Below, one piece after another: positions 19,949-32,200 of a DNA stretch of 64,000 nucleotides. The notes under the pieces are model-generated. The model did not search any database. It was given only the letters and a program-made list of their open reading frames with translations, and had not been told where the DNA came from. The first letter of the stretch is position 1. Every line of letters begins with the position of its first letter. Made by a program: the position numbers and the translations under genes. Origin of the DNA: Antedon mediterranea (taxonomy: Eukaryota > Animalia > Echinodermata); assembly GCF_964355755.1 (NCBI RefSeq), contig NC_092674.1, positions 10,602,001 through 10,666,000 of the forward strand. Direction: 5' to 3'.

Positions 19949-22900
19949 ATGGTACTAGTATTACTTCATTAATATTAAATTAGTTAAAATATCGTTAATT
20001 GTTGGTATTTTCACGCTGCTGCTCTAGCCAGTTACGTCCCATGAGGACTACTCATTCAGATATAAAACAAGCAGCAGTTATAGTATCTAAGGCCGACAGT
20101 TTTGCGACTTTGTAAACTCGTCTATAATTCATAGATCCCAGCTGCTGGACCCAAAAAACGTCTGGGAAAAGAGAATCTATGAGGGCTCACGGTTGAACGA
20201 TTTTGGATTCTCTCCCTTTGATTGGTTGACGCGAATCAACAGATTGTGAAAGAATTTTGTCACTTGTACCACCGTGAAGTCACTTAATGGGTATTCAGTT
20301 GCATGCCTAATATAGGTTGAGGTCACACATACACAGAAAATTAAAGTTCAAAATTGATCATTTTTAAATGGGCATGTGATTCATAATTAAAGAACTATCT
20401 TTGATTTGTATGTATTTTTGGGATTAAAGGACATCTTTTTAATAATTAATCATAAATATATCTGAAGAAAGAACAATGATTAATTTTAAAATGTCAAGCA
20501 GCGTTTTTGTAAGAAATATTTCTTGTTATTAAGCAATTATTAAGTTAATAATGGTGCACCAAAAGTGTAATTTAACTTTATGACTGTGCAGTATAGGATG
20601 TGATTCTGATATGTGGTAAAAATTAAAAATGCAGAAATGGTTGTTGTGTGTCCAGCCTGTTCCCCATTTCTGGTCTTTTTGTTGGCAGCCAATTACAACG
20701 ATTCTAGTCAACTTTATATTGACTAGGTTACAATCCATCTTTCACATGCGACTAATAATAATATATATATATATTTACTATAGGTTGTATGTACTGTGAT
20801 AGGAGGAAGTGGATTCCTTGGGCAGCATCTAGTTGAGAGACTTGTGGCTGATGGTTATATTGTCAAAGTATTTGATGTCAAACAAACTTTTGATAATGAA
20901 GCTGTTCAATTTTATGTTGGGGATTTGTGTCAATCAGAGGTGCTAATTTGTTGTTTGATATTTGTTTGAGACTGATTAATAAAGAATAAAAAAATTATGG
21001 CACACATAATTATATCGTGGATTTATAAACTATGATTGCTTATAAACCCAAACTGAAGAACGCTAACATGTTTCAGTCATCCCAAAGGAAGAAAAAAATG
21101 CACAAAATCTACTATAAACACAAAAACATAACCTAAAGTGTATGCTACTGTGAACATATTTAAATATTATTAAGTATCTTGACAAATATTAAGAATAAAC
21201 ATATTTTCGAAATTGCCCTACAGTATGTGGGATGAATAAAGAATTTAACTTGACTTTTTTTTTTTAATTCAGGAGTTGCTCCCAGCCTTAGAAGGTGTTG
21301 ATCTTGTCTTTCATTGTGCATCTCCATCATCAGCATGCCAAAACAAGTAAGACTGCTGCACACTAAGTTTTTATCTGATATACATATTTTATAGCCATAG
21401 TGCCGATAAACTTAAAATTTATTATCGCATAATTATACTATCAATTAAACTGTATCACACAAGCAAACTAGAAAGCCACTCCGAGAGTGCATACTTCCGC
21501 CTACTGTAAAATTCTCCTACATAAGATTTCTCCCCGATTAAAAAAAATATATATATATTTGTGTGTCTTAATACTGTTTGTGATTTATGCTAATTTCACT
21601 ACAAGCATGTGTATGCGAGTTTGGTGTAATCGGGTTATGTAACAAGCCTTTCAATTAACAATAGCTTCAGTTGACTAACAATAGAACAGCAACGCAAAAA
21701 TCGAACGAGTGAATTTGAAAAGAAATAGGGTTTTTAAACTACTCGCATAAAAAAAAACGTGCACATTAAATAAAAATATGTTTTAAAATTACAAATCACA
21801 AATTATAACTCTTGGGTCTTGTACAAAAATGAAGTTTTTTGGACAAGTAGCTCTCGAGAAAATGCAATATGAAAATAAAAACATTGCCCTCTAAGGTAAG
21901 GTACACACAGATGTACAGTCATTGATAAATTTAAATACACTAGATATTTTATGATTAGGTATTTTATGAGCGAGTGAGGGCCAAGCAATAATTGTCATTA
22001 CAAAGCCATAACACTCACTTGCTCCATGGTTCTGGTGTTATCTCGGATAGAGACTAAAACCATATGTCCACTTTACACATCTAGCTCATTTGCACTTTTG
22101 AGACGAGTAGGAGGTTAGTTACCACGGTGTACTAGTACGCACACAGCCACTGATCATAACTGCTTGGCTCATTTGGGATGGGACCGTTTTAGGTGTTTAC
22201 CACCTGTTGGTCCCATCCTTCACTAAATGTGTGTTACTGTATGTCTTTTTCTTTGGATGTACATCTTAGTGAGAAGTTGAATAAAAAAAAAAAACAATTA
22301 AAAGATACAAAAAGAAGACGACCATTTGCTTCTTTTTGATGTTTTACGGTATTGATTGTGTGATAAACTGTCTTGGAGCGCTCACTAACAGGGAGAATGT
22401 CTTAACCATTGAATCACTGAGGTATCATGATTAAACAGGTTTAAATAATCATGTTATTGTTACTGTACATTGTATCGGAATAATTATCTAGGGGTCATTC
22501 TAATCTCTGCATTTAATTACTTCTTTTCAGAGAACTTTTCTACAAGGTGAATGTGGAAGGCACTAGAAATGTTGTTAAATCGTGCAAAACAGCATCTGTC
22601 AAGGTACTTAGTGTCTTATAACAAAATATTTTAAATTACGGTACCATGTTACTTTGTATGCACACCAACATGCAGTCATTATTTTCTTTGGTGAAAAAAA
22701 ATTGCTAGCTAGCTAACCTGTACCCTAAATATAACATATGCCCGCTGTAAAATAAAAACATATCGTTGGGTTTCAAACCCTTGTCTTCCGAGTAAAAGGC
22801 AACCAAAACACCGACCATTTCAGTCCCACACGGCTTGTAAAAAATAGATTTGATTGTGTCTATGCTTACATAGTCGCCCTCTATCTCTAAGGTCTTACTT

Positions 22901-25305
22901 TATGCCATAATTAAATTTCATGCATTATTCAAATTGAAATTGAAATATATATTTATACTGGGTAACCTCTTCAGTCAAAGACTGGTCTCCCAGAGGGCCC
23001 AGTTGGTGATCAGTGGCTATGATGTACTAATACACCGGGATAACCCCTACTCGTCTCGAAAGATGTACTAGGTTCTTTGAAGTGCACACGAGCTAGATGT
23101 GTACACTGGACCTACGGTTTATAGTCCTTATCCGAGAAGACTCGTTCTACCACCAGAACCATGGAGTGAGTGAGCCTCGAACCCCTGCCGATGTTATGGC
23201 TACGTAATTACGGTTCCACTGTCTTAACCGCTCGGCCACTCACTCGCTCATCATTTCTGCCTTAAAATTTTGGGAAAAATATGACTTTAATGATTTGTTA
23301 TACTGATGATTGTAGAGGCTAGTGTTGACAAGTTCAGGTAGTGTTTTGTTTGAGGGCGTTGACCTAAAGGCTGCAACAGAGGATTTGCCATATGCAAGAA
23401 AACCAATGGATTATTATACGGAAACAAAAATAATGCAAGAACAAGTATGTAACAAATTGTTTTATACTATTTTATACTAAATGTGATTAGGTATTGAAAA
23501 GAAAAAAGTCAATTGTATGACCCACCATACGACCCCCGGGAGAGGTGCGTCATTTGTCCGATGTGCGTCATACCTTATGAATACCATGACTAACCCGTGC
23601 GTAAAAAATATTACTTATCTTTAGGTGACCACGACGCACCCGTTTTGACACACTTTGACCATGTTGTTCATGATATGGTGGGTGGTAAAGTAACTGACAT
23701 TGACACATCATTGTTCATTGATGTGACAGACCATCTAGGTTTTTTTATGTACTCATGTGTCAATAATTATTTGTAAATGATGAACCCATGACGCACCTCT
23801 CTCGGGGGTCATATAGTTGGTCATACAATTAACAACTGCATTAGGGTTTCTGGGCCATTGCATTTCAGTGTTGGTTCAAGCGCCGAACTTGAGGCGATTC
23901 AAGATAGTTAAAGTAACTCCACTCGGCTCAACATAAGAATCGTGTGGAAATAAAAATGTATAAGTTTCCAATAGGTACACAGATGTTATGCATTCAAAAA
24001 TACAAGATCTACACACTGTAGGCCAGCCCAATAATTAAGTATGTTTGTTATTGGGAGAGTTGACTGTTCAATTCAATTTCAGTTATTCTTATTAGTGTCA
24101 TAATTTTCATTATTTTTCAGATTGTTTTAGAGGCCAGTGATCCGAGCAATGATTTTTTGACCATTGCCATTCGTCCACATGGCATTTTTGGACCTAGAGA
24201 TCCGTTATTGGTTCCAACTATAGTAAAAACAGCTAAGCAGGGAAAACTAAAATTTGCAATAGGGTAAATGGCCGCTAATAAAAATAAATGTGTTTATCTG
24301 TACAAAGTGAACAAAGCATTGAACATATATATGGACACGCCTATATCTTGCAAACATTTTGTCAATGAATTTGAAACTGAATGGGAACTAGATAGTAGTT
24401 TTATCAAGCAATTATTGTTATATTTAAAAAGTTTACTTTTTGGAATAAAATTTATACGAGCATAGCATTGTTCTTTACAGAAATGGCAAGAACCTTGTGG
24501 ATTTTACTTATGTTGAAAATGTTGTACATGGTCACATACTGGCTGCTAAGAATTTGGACAAGAGTAACAAAAATAGTGGAAAGGTAACAATAATTTTATT
24601 GTGGGTTCCATACAAACATACAATTAACCCCTTGACCTCATCCAACCATTCCTCTCAACCCACCCACTCCCCCTCGAAATTAGATCTTTAACTGGCATGT
24701 TTGACACAAAGATAAAGAACACTCCCCAAATATGAGACATTTTTAACCTGTGAAATCTTTGGGTCCAGGTTTTTAGATTGTGAAGGTTGGTTTCCACTAG
24801 GCAACCAAAGATTTAAGAGCAACACAAGCTAGTTGACCAATCACAAGCAACTTGTACCTGCATTGAATTATAGTGGGAACCAAGCTTTACAGTATTGATT
24901 GAATTGTATTCAATTTGTTCTTAAACTTATTTTGATTGATTTTTTTAATGTTTTTACAATTTTATTTAGGCATACCATATCACAAACGATGAACCAATAG
25001 GATTCTGGGATTTCATGTCACAAATTCTGATTGCGTTAAACTACGAACCTCCAAAATATCACATTCCGTACTTCTTCCTCTACTACCTTGCGATGCTCGT
25101 CCAGTTTTTAAGCTTCATATTACGACCAGTAATGGACCTCAAGCTTACGTTCACACCAGTACGGATAGCATATGCGGGTACGCATCATTTCTATAGCTGT
25201 GAACGTGCAAAAAAAGAATTGGATTATGCTCCATTGATTTCAATGAAAGATGCTTTGAAAACAACAGTAGCATATTATGAACACCTAAGAAACAAGAATA
25301 TATGA
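19949..25305 (+). CDS. NSDHL: Sterol-4-alpha-carboxylate 3-dehydrogenase, decarboxylating (NSDHL), ~338 aa
   Basis: Exons: 19949-19951 (ATG only, tentative), 20784-20939, 21273-21346, 22531-22603, 23316-23444, 24121-24263, 24481-24583, 24970-25305. Introns are GT-AG with consistent phases. Motifs: [14 protein letters not shown] (Rossmann fold), FHCASP, catalytic [49 protein letters not shown] and a C-terminal hydrophobic segment. Confidence 0.95.
20028..20527 (+). repeat. Dispersed repeat, copy 2, in putative NSDHL intron 1
   Basis: Colinear with 645-1238 but lacks ~105 bp present in copy 1. Confidence 0.85.
21968..22170 (+). mobile_element. Degenerate Deu-domain SINE copy
   Basis: Aligns by eye to the reverse complement of 22930-23248 (CTCCATGGTTCTGGTG, TACACATCTAGCTC, GAGACGAGTAGG, AGCCACTGATCA). 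Confidence 0.7.
22930..23248 (-). mobile_element. tRNA-derived SINE with a Deu-like central domain
   Basis: On the minus strand: A box TGGCCGAGCGG, B box GGTTCGAGGC, then GGATAAGGACTATAAACCG...AAAGAACC...TCGAGACGAGTAGGGG..CCCGGTGT (resembles the DeuSINE/AmnSINE core as recalled), and a TTTCAA tail. Confidence 0.8.
23511..23830. mobile_element. MITE with ~43-bp TIRs
   Basis: AATTGTATGACCCACCATACGACCCCCGGGAGAGGTGCGTCAT versus the inverted ATGACGCACCTCTCTCGGGGGTCATATAGTTGGTCATACAATT (4 mismatches). Confidence 0.8.
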
Positions 25306-27195
25306 ACACGCACAGTTTTGCATCATTCATTCTCTAATAAAGTACAACCTGTATTAAGGTGACACTTTCAGGTTTGGCCATAGTGTTAAAACATATATTT
25401 CCTCTTGTTTGTTTCAGAAAGTGTCCCCTTAATAGAGGTTTCCCGAAAAATTGATTCCAATTTAAACTATGTACTACAGTACTACAATACAGTATATTAA
25501 ATTAATTATGCAAATTAATTATTTTACAATTAATTATTGTGATTGGTTGCATGTATATCGAACAAACATGTTTGTGTTCGTGTGTACAACAGCATTTTTT
25601 CCTATTCGTAATTAGTGAAGTTTAGGCCTATATATATTTTTTTAACAATTGTAATTAAATGTAATCTAAAATGAAATATATATGTATTACTGTAAAATAG
25701 TATATTAGATTAATTGTTTCGATTATTTAATTCTTGATATTTATTACATATTTTAAACAATCTTATCTAAAATGAAATACAAATGTATTATGTATTCCTG
25801 CAAGATATATAATTTATAATAATTTATTTTTAAAATAAAGTAATTTTTTTGTCGAACAGTATTTTATTAATATTCAATGCCAACAGTACTTGATTAAACA
25901 AACTTACATATTATATATTGTTGTTCTATTTTAATAAGCGAGAATTGTTTTATTTGCATCTACTGTACAATAAGGGCCTGTTTCTACTAAAAAAAAACCA
26001 CTAAAATAACGCTTTTCTTTCAAAGATCTCGTTACAGATCAAAATTGCTCCAAGAGTTTTTTAACCGGTTTTTGGCGACACAGAGACTAGAATCAGTTTT
26101 TAAAACCACTTTTAAAAATCGGTTCTTATTGGCTTGTTTCTGATTTAAAATACCGTATTTTGCAATAACGGTATTTGTTTTGCCAGCAGAAACGTGTCCA
26201 CAACGAGGAACATATTCTTTCAACTCAGTTCAAATACTAAGTATGTTAGTATTTATTTTACATCAATCTTAAATTAAAGATTTATTCCACACTCTTTCAA
26301 CAAGCTTTATATTCCCTGGAAATCGACGCGAATTGTGTTAATTAACTATTTGTTTGCGTAGGCTAACGCTATAATTAATAGTCTTCCCATCTTCTACAAA
26401 GTTCAATCTAAAGTTAGCCTGAAGATTAAATGATCACTCATATATTTCCAATTGAGCCAACATAATCGTCAGATTGACGACAAATTTATAGATAGCCAGT
26501 GCCTATTAAAATACTTCTATATAGAAATATATACGACATAAATACAGAATATAGATACAGATTCATAAAAGACCATAACTCCTTATTTTGTGATATAAAA
26601 AAAGTAGAGAGCGCCACAACTCACTGCAGTACTATTAAAATAGGTCAGAAAAGGGGAAAGTCCCAATTACGTCATCATTTCAAGCGATATAATATGAAGC
26701 GACTATTGCTCCATTGGTTACATTATTCACATTTTATTGTCGTTTTATTACACGGTGAAAGGGTAAAATTAACGATAGTAGATGTATGTAAGTTCGTAGA
26801 AATATCGAACGTTACATTCGAGGAATGTTGTTAGCCCCCAGTGCTGTAAATCAAATATATTCAAGCTAAATAAGGATACGTAGGACTACGTCGTAAAGCT
26901 ACAATAGATTTGTCTTTCTCCTTTTAAAATACCCCAATAAATTTACTCAAACTTAATTTTGTGTTGAGAAATTGTTGAGGCAAACAGTGTACCAGGTACT
27001 GTTAACCATACCAGAAAAACCTAAACCAACAACACGCATCGGATCACCAATAGGCCCATCACCACGTACGCGTAACACACCAACGCAACACAAAACCGAT
27101 TGAGGAAAACTAACAACATTCCGTCATATTTAGGCTTATTAATAAACTTGTAATTCATTTACTAATACTTTTTTCCTTTTTATACTTTGCGGTTT

Positions 27196-27990
27196 AAGCT
27201 AGAGACGCAACGCAAGACGTAACGCAACGTAAGTGATTTGACCAATCACAAGCGTTACCAATACCAGTCCAGAAAAGATCATTGGTTCAAATCTGACATT
27301 TCCACGTTATGCTTGGTTCCCACTCGAAACGTAACACAAGGACGTTACGCAAGCGATGGATTATTCGAACTGTCGCTTGTCATTGGTCAACTCGCTTGCG
27401 TTACGTTCTTGCGTTGCGTCATAGTGGGAACCAAGCATAAAATGTCAATGCATTGCGCATACGCCGCCCATGCTTTGTGGAAAAGTTGGTAGTCCATAGG
27501 CCATAAAGGCTGAATTTTATTTGATTTACACTGACAGAACAATCAGAATACATTCCATACAAATTGAAGGATACGTAGCAAAGCCATAAAGCCTTGTTCC
27601 CACTAGGTAGCAACGCAAGGACGTAAACTCAAAGCGTGTTGACCAATGACAAACGACAGTTCGAATAATCCATCGCTTGTGATTGGTCAACTTTACGTTG
27701 CGTAACGTCCTTGTGTTACGTTTCGAGTGGGAACCAAGCATAACGTGGAAATGTCAGATTTGAACCAATGATCTTTTCTGGATTGGTATTGGTAACGACT
27801 CATCTCTGCCACGTATTAACACGTCCATTATGCAGTAGGCCTACAGTAGTTATCAAATTATATCATATTATAAATAAGGATTTTAATGCCTGGTTCTCAC
27901 TAAAGGCGCAACGCATAGATGTGATTGGTCAACTCGCTTGCGTTGCGTCCACGTCCTTGCCTTGCCTCTCTAGTGGGAACCAGGCTTTAG
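27196..27990. mobile_element. Cluster of three palindromic Harbinger/Tourist-like MITEs (family B)
   Basis: TIR AGCTTGGTTCCCACTAG...CTAGTGGGAACCAAGCT with TAA/TTA flanks. Copies at ~27196-27440, 27588-27742 and 27885-27990; others at 24785-24888, 35240-36485 and 43125-43240. Confidence 0.8.
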
Positions 27991-29203
27991 AGTGACCTAC
28001 TTGTTACACAATAGTTTGATATACGAAACATAAGGTATGTTATCACAAACAGGATAATATTAATAATTACAGGTCAAAAGTGGAATAAGCTATCAATACA
28101 CAATGAGTGGGTGTACAAAGCCTTCAGCTAAATATAAAGATAACAAATTATTACATTGTTTGCACATTGTCATCAGTACAAACTCTTACGATACTTATAA
28201 CTAAAGATAAAGGTTTATACAGCAAAAACAGCTTTAAACAATAATCTTAAATTATGTTACTGTTAGTAAAATTGTATTTAAAAAAAATTAAATAATTATG
28301 TTTCATGTTGGAACATGAAGGTATGACGTCACTATACTGACTGGATACAATATCAAAACGTACATCCGCATAAAAAATACATTTCAATCTGGACGCTGTG
28401 AAGTATGGACGCGAATAAACGATGTTGGATATTAATACTATACGCTGCGTGTAAGTGAGTATACCCAGGCTATAATTAGCAAACGGGATCGAAGTAGTAG
28501 GGACGACATACCTAATTTTAGTCGGGGCTTAGATGCTCTAATATCGATAGGCAATTTAGGGCTGTCTTTAGACCTACACCAATAGAAACATGTTGGTGAA
28601 CCATGTAAGCATAAAAGAATCTGATTAGACATGTGGACAATTCCTTAAGTCATGTAACTGCGCTCGTTGCAAATACGGCTACTTTTTTTCGAGTGGGAAC
28701 CAAACTAGATTGGTATAGTCAACGTACATTGTAACCAAGGTGATAACAAGTTCATGTTATCCCAGTCTCATTAGCCATCTGTTCCGTAGTTATGGAATGT
28801 ATAGAAATATGCACATTGGCATACCTCAACTGGTTATAAGTACATAAGCACTTTCAATCAGCTGTCAGAATAGGATCTTCGCTGGCAGACAACGGTGTGT
28901 CCCGACGTGAGCATAAATCAGGGTGTAGTTTATACAATACAACGCACTTTTCTAATTTACAGAGTACGGTAAGAAGGGTGTTATAGAGGTTTCGCGAGCG
29001 ACTAAGCACATATTAAGAAATTGCGTAGTGCGTAGACAAGCGCTGCATCTTCGTGCGCTTGAATTTCTGCCAAGTAAACCAATGTACTTGTGACTGTGTA
29101 GTCAGAGTTCGGTCGTCAAACGATTGGATTATACGTGTATACGTATATCATAGCCGATTTCATAGATCTGCAAATACATTGCAACATAGATAACTTTTAG
29201 GTT

Positions 29204-32200
29204 ATGTTCGGCGCTTGTTTGTCCTTCAGTCCCCCACTCCACAATTCTAGATCTTTAGTAAGGCCTAATTGCACCGTTTCCTTTTTTGCAGTCTTCTCTT
29301 TGGAGTTACGTGACACTGCTGCAGCACCAATGGAAACCAAGAAAGAAGCAAAACTGATTACAAAACAACTGTATGCTCGAACACGATTTCATCTAGCAAT
29401 TTCAGAGGACGGAACTGTTACATCGAACGAACACGAGAAAAACAAAATATACAGTAAGTGGCTTATTAGGTCATAAAACTACCTTCTTATGTTTCACTTA
29501 AGGAGTAATTAAATATAAACTGTGGGTAATGACTGTATATAGGAATATTCCTAGATAGATACCAATAATAACAGTCTGTTAGGGTGTATTGATAAAATCA
29601 TAAACTAGAGACACACCATGTTCAATAGATCATTAATTAACCCAGTAGGCCGTAACATGTGCTATCACTGAATTCATGATCATCACTGAAATATTTCTTT
29701 TGAACCTGTTACGGTAGCTAGTGTCAAATGTAGCCTACCAAACGTGCTTAGCAAGAGAAATCATCGTGATTTTGTTTAATTCAACGATTTTGCTTACGTC
29801 AGTTTTCAAATATTCCAATCTATTCTTAAAAGAACCGATTTGATAAAAAAAAATCGGTTTTCACTTAAATACTATTTTTACTTATGCAATAACGATTGAT
29901 AATGCCAGCCCTGATCATCATATCAGCATGCATAGATGTTCTATTGTGTTGTCTAAACTACGTGGAACAAATGGAAGACGGTAACAGCTTTAAAAAAAGG
30001 TTTTACAGACGCACATAAGCCCTATATTGTTTTCCTATATAAAGCTATTATATATATTATATATGTGTACACTATCAAACTAGTTTGACAGAAAAAGTGT
30101 GATATGCCTAAATATGGTATAGTGATATGCTTAAATATGAACATAAAGTTTGATAATGTAGACAGAGCTTAAGTATAATCTGTAACATTAGCCTGCTTAT
30201 TGCCCATTGCAAACCCTATTATAGCAATATTCAACCCCATGACCTGTGGGAATGGTTGTTGTTGTTATCAAATTGGCATATAAGTACCTTTATCGCGTAT
30301 GATTATTTATCCAATTGGCCTATTTAAATAATTGATATCAGTGATTTCAAAACATTACGGTATCGAACTTTACCCACAACCCCCGAAAGAATTCGTAAAA
30401 TGTATAACACAAATAAAAGTTAGACAACTTGACTATACTACAATGACTATCAATAATAATGACAGTTTTCAATGTATTGGCGAAGACACTCCAGAATGTC
30501 TGTACTGTATCACCACATACATCATCAACTGTCTAGGCACATTCATGTGGCGCCTACATTACTACCGTACAGTATCAAATTAAGGTTAGAGTTAGCTTAG
30601 GGCCTATATGCAACATATTATTATTACACAATTTGTATTTCATAAATAATTATCGATAATGTATATATAATTTGTTCAGTAACATTATCAATAATTGGCT
30701 GAAGACCCCGAGTCAGAATGAGTACATCTGCGTAGGCCTACTAGTACTGTTGTAAAGGATGTATGTCAATGTTATTACCCCTGCACAGCCTCCAGAGTCA
30801 ATCTGTGTATCATTCGCTGCATTGATCCCCTATTCTTAACCTTATTTGCAACGATCCTACCCCGCATGATTAATGTCATTTCCTACTCTAGGAGTATTCG
30901 CATCTATCAGAAGTCATGTAATCTTCTTAGTCAATGGCTGTAAAAGCAATATTTGCAATACCACTAATAATTTGAGTTTTTAACTATCTAACAGTACCGT
31001 AATTTAGCCCCGTGCAACAACTCCACCAGCTGCAGCGCGAAAACCAAACTGATCATAACAGGTTTTGGTTCATTAGACAACCCCATTAACAGAAATAATA
31101 TGAAACAGACAATAAATGTTGAAAAAGTACATATAAAAGCTTACACTTTGCGTACTATGTTTAAATTGGCATTTATATCAGGAAACAGATCCGTTCTAGT
31201 GGAACATTAATCGTAGGCCTACTACATGACGCACAGCGTCGAAATAATGTAAGTGCATGTATTTTTCCTTGGTGACAAGTATGATGTGTCTGTTTGGCAG
31301 TAATTAATAATGTTTTAATCTATTTTATCAAATGATTACCATTCAACTTAATTACTGTCAATCATTGGAAATGTTCACGCTCCAATAGATAATATTAACA
31401 TTAAATCTTACGGATAATAAATATTAACCATAACCTAGGCCAACTCCGGAAACCCCAAATCCTACTGTTATTCTACGCGATGCAATATCCGATTGGACTC
31501 GGATATGAGCCTGTACTTGTTTTTGTCAGTAACCACGCGTAAGTTCACATAACGACTCTTTCGTGGAAAGTATACATTTATGTGCCTGTTATTTGCCTGG
31601 GTAAGTTGATCCCTATCCACCAGATAACTTTCCTAATAAAACCATGATTCCCGGCTGAAATATCGGGATTAAGTATAAGTTAATGGTGATAAAAGTAGAC
31701 CTAAAACTTACGACTGGTCATTGAAAAAGTGAAATTGCAGTGAAATATAGTTTGTCGTCACGTAACTTTATATTGCCGGAATCTCGGCAAAATGCATGGT
31801 AGGCCCCCTGTCAATCTATTATTATTACCCAGAAAGATGGATAATGTACCGTATTCCTATATCATACTGTTACCATACCATATAGCCTAACATATTTTTA
31901 CCGGGCGCCGTTTGGGACATTGCTAATTATGTTGAAACAATACATTTATGTTACATATAAATAATAATAAACAAGTTTCAACAATCAAGACGTGATAGCT
32001 TTGGTAAGACGCACTTTGTGTTTTAAGTATCTATATAATTAGATCCTTTTCCATGACCACACCGTTTATTGTCGTACCTGTGTGGTATTATTGTGGTTTG
32101 ACACTAACCGGCGTGGAAGTGGGAAGTTGCAGAGCAGAATCAATAACAATAATAAGTTGTGAACTACCATAGTTAAATATACATTATCAATGAATTTGAC

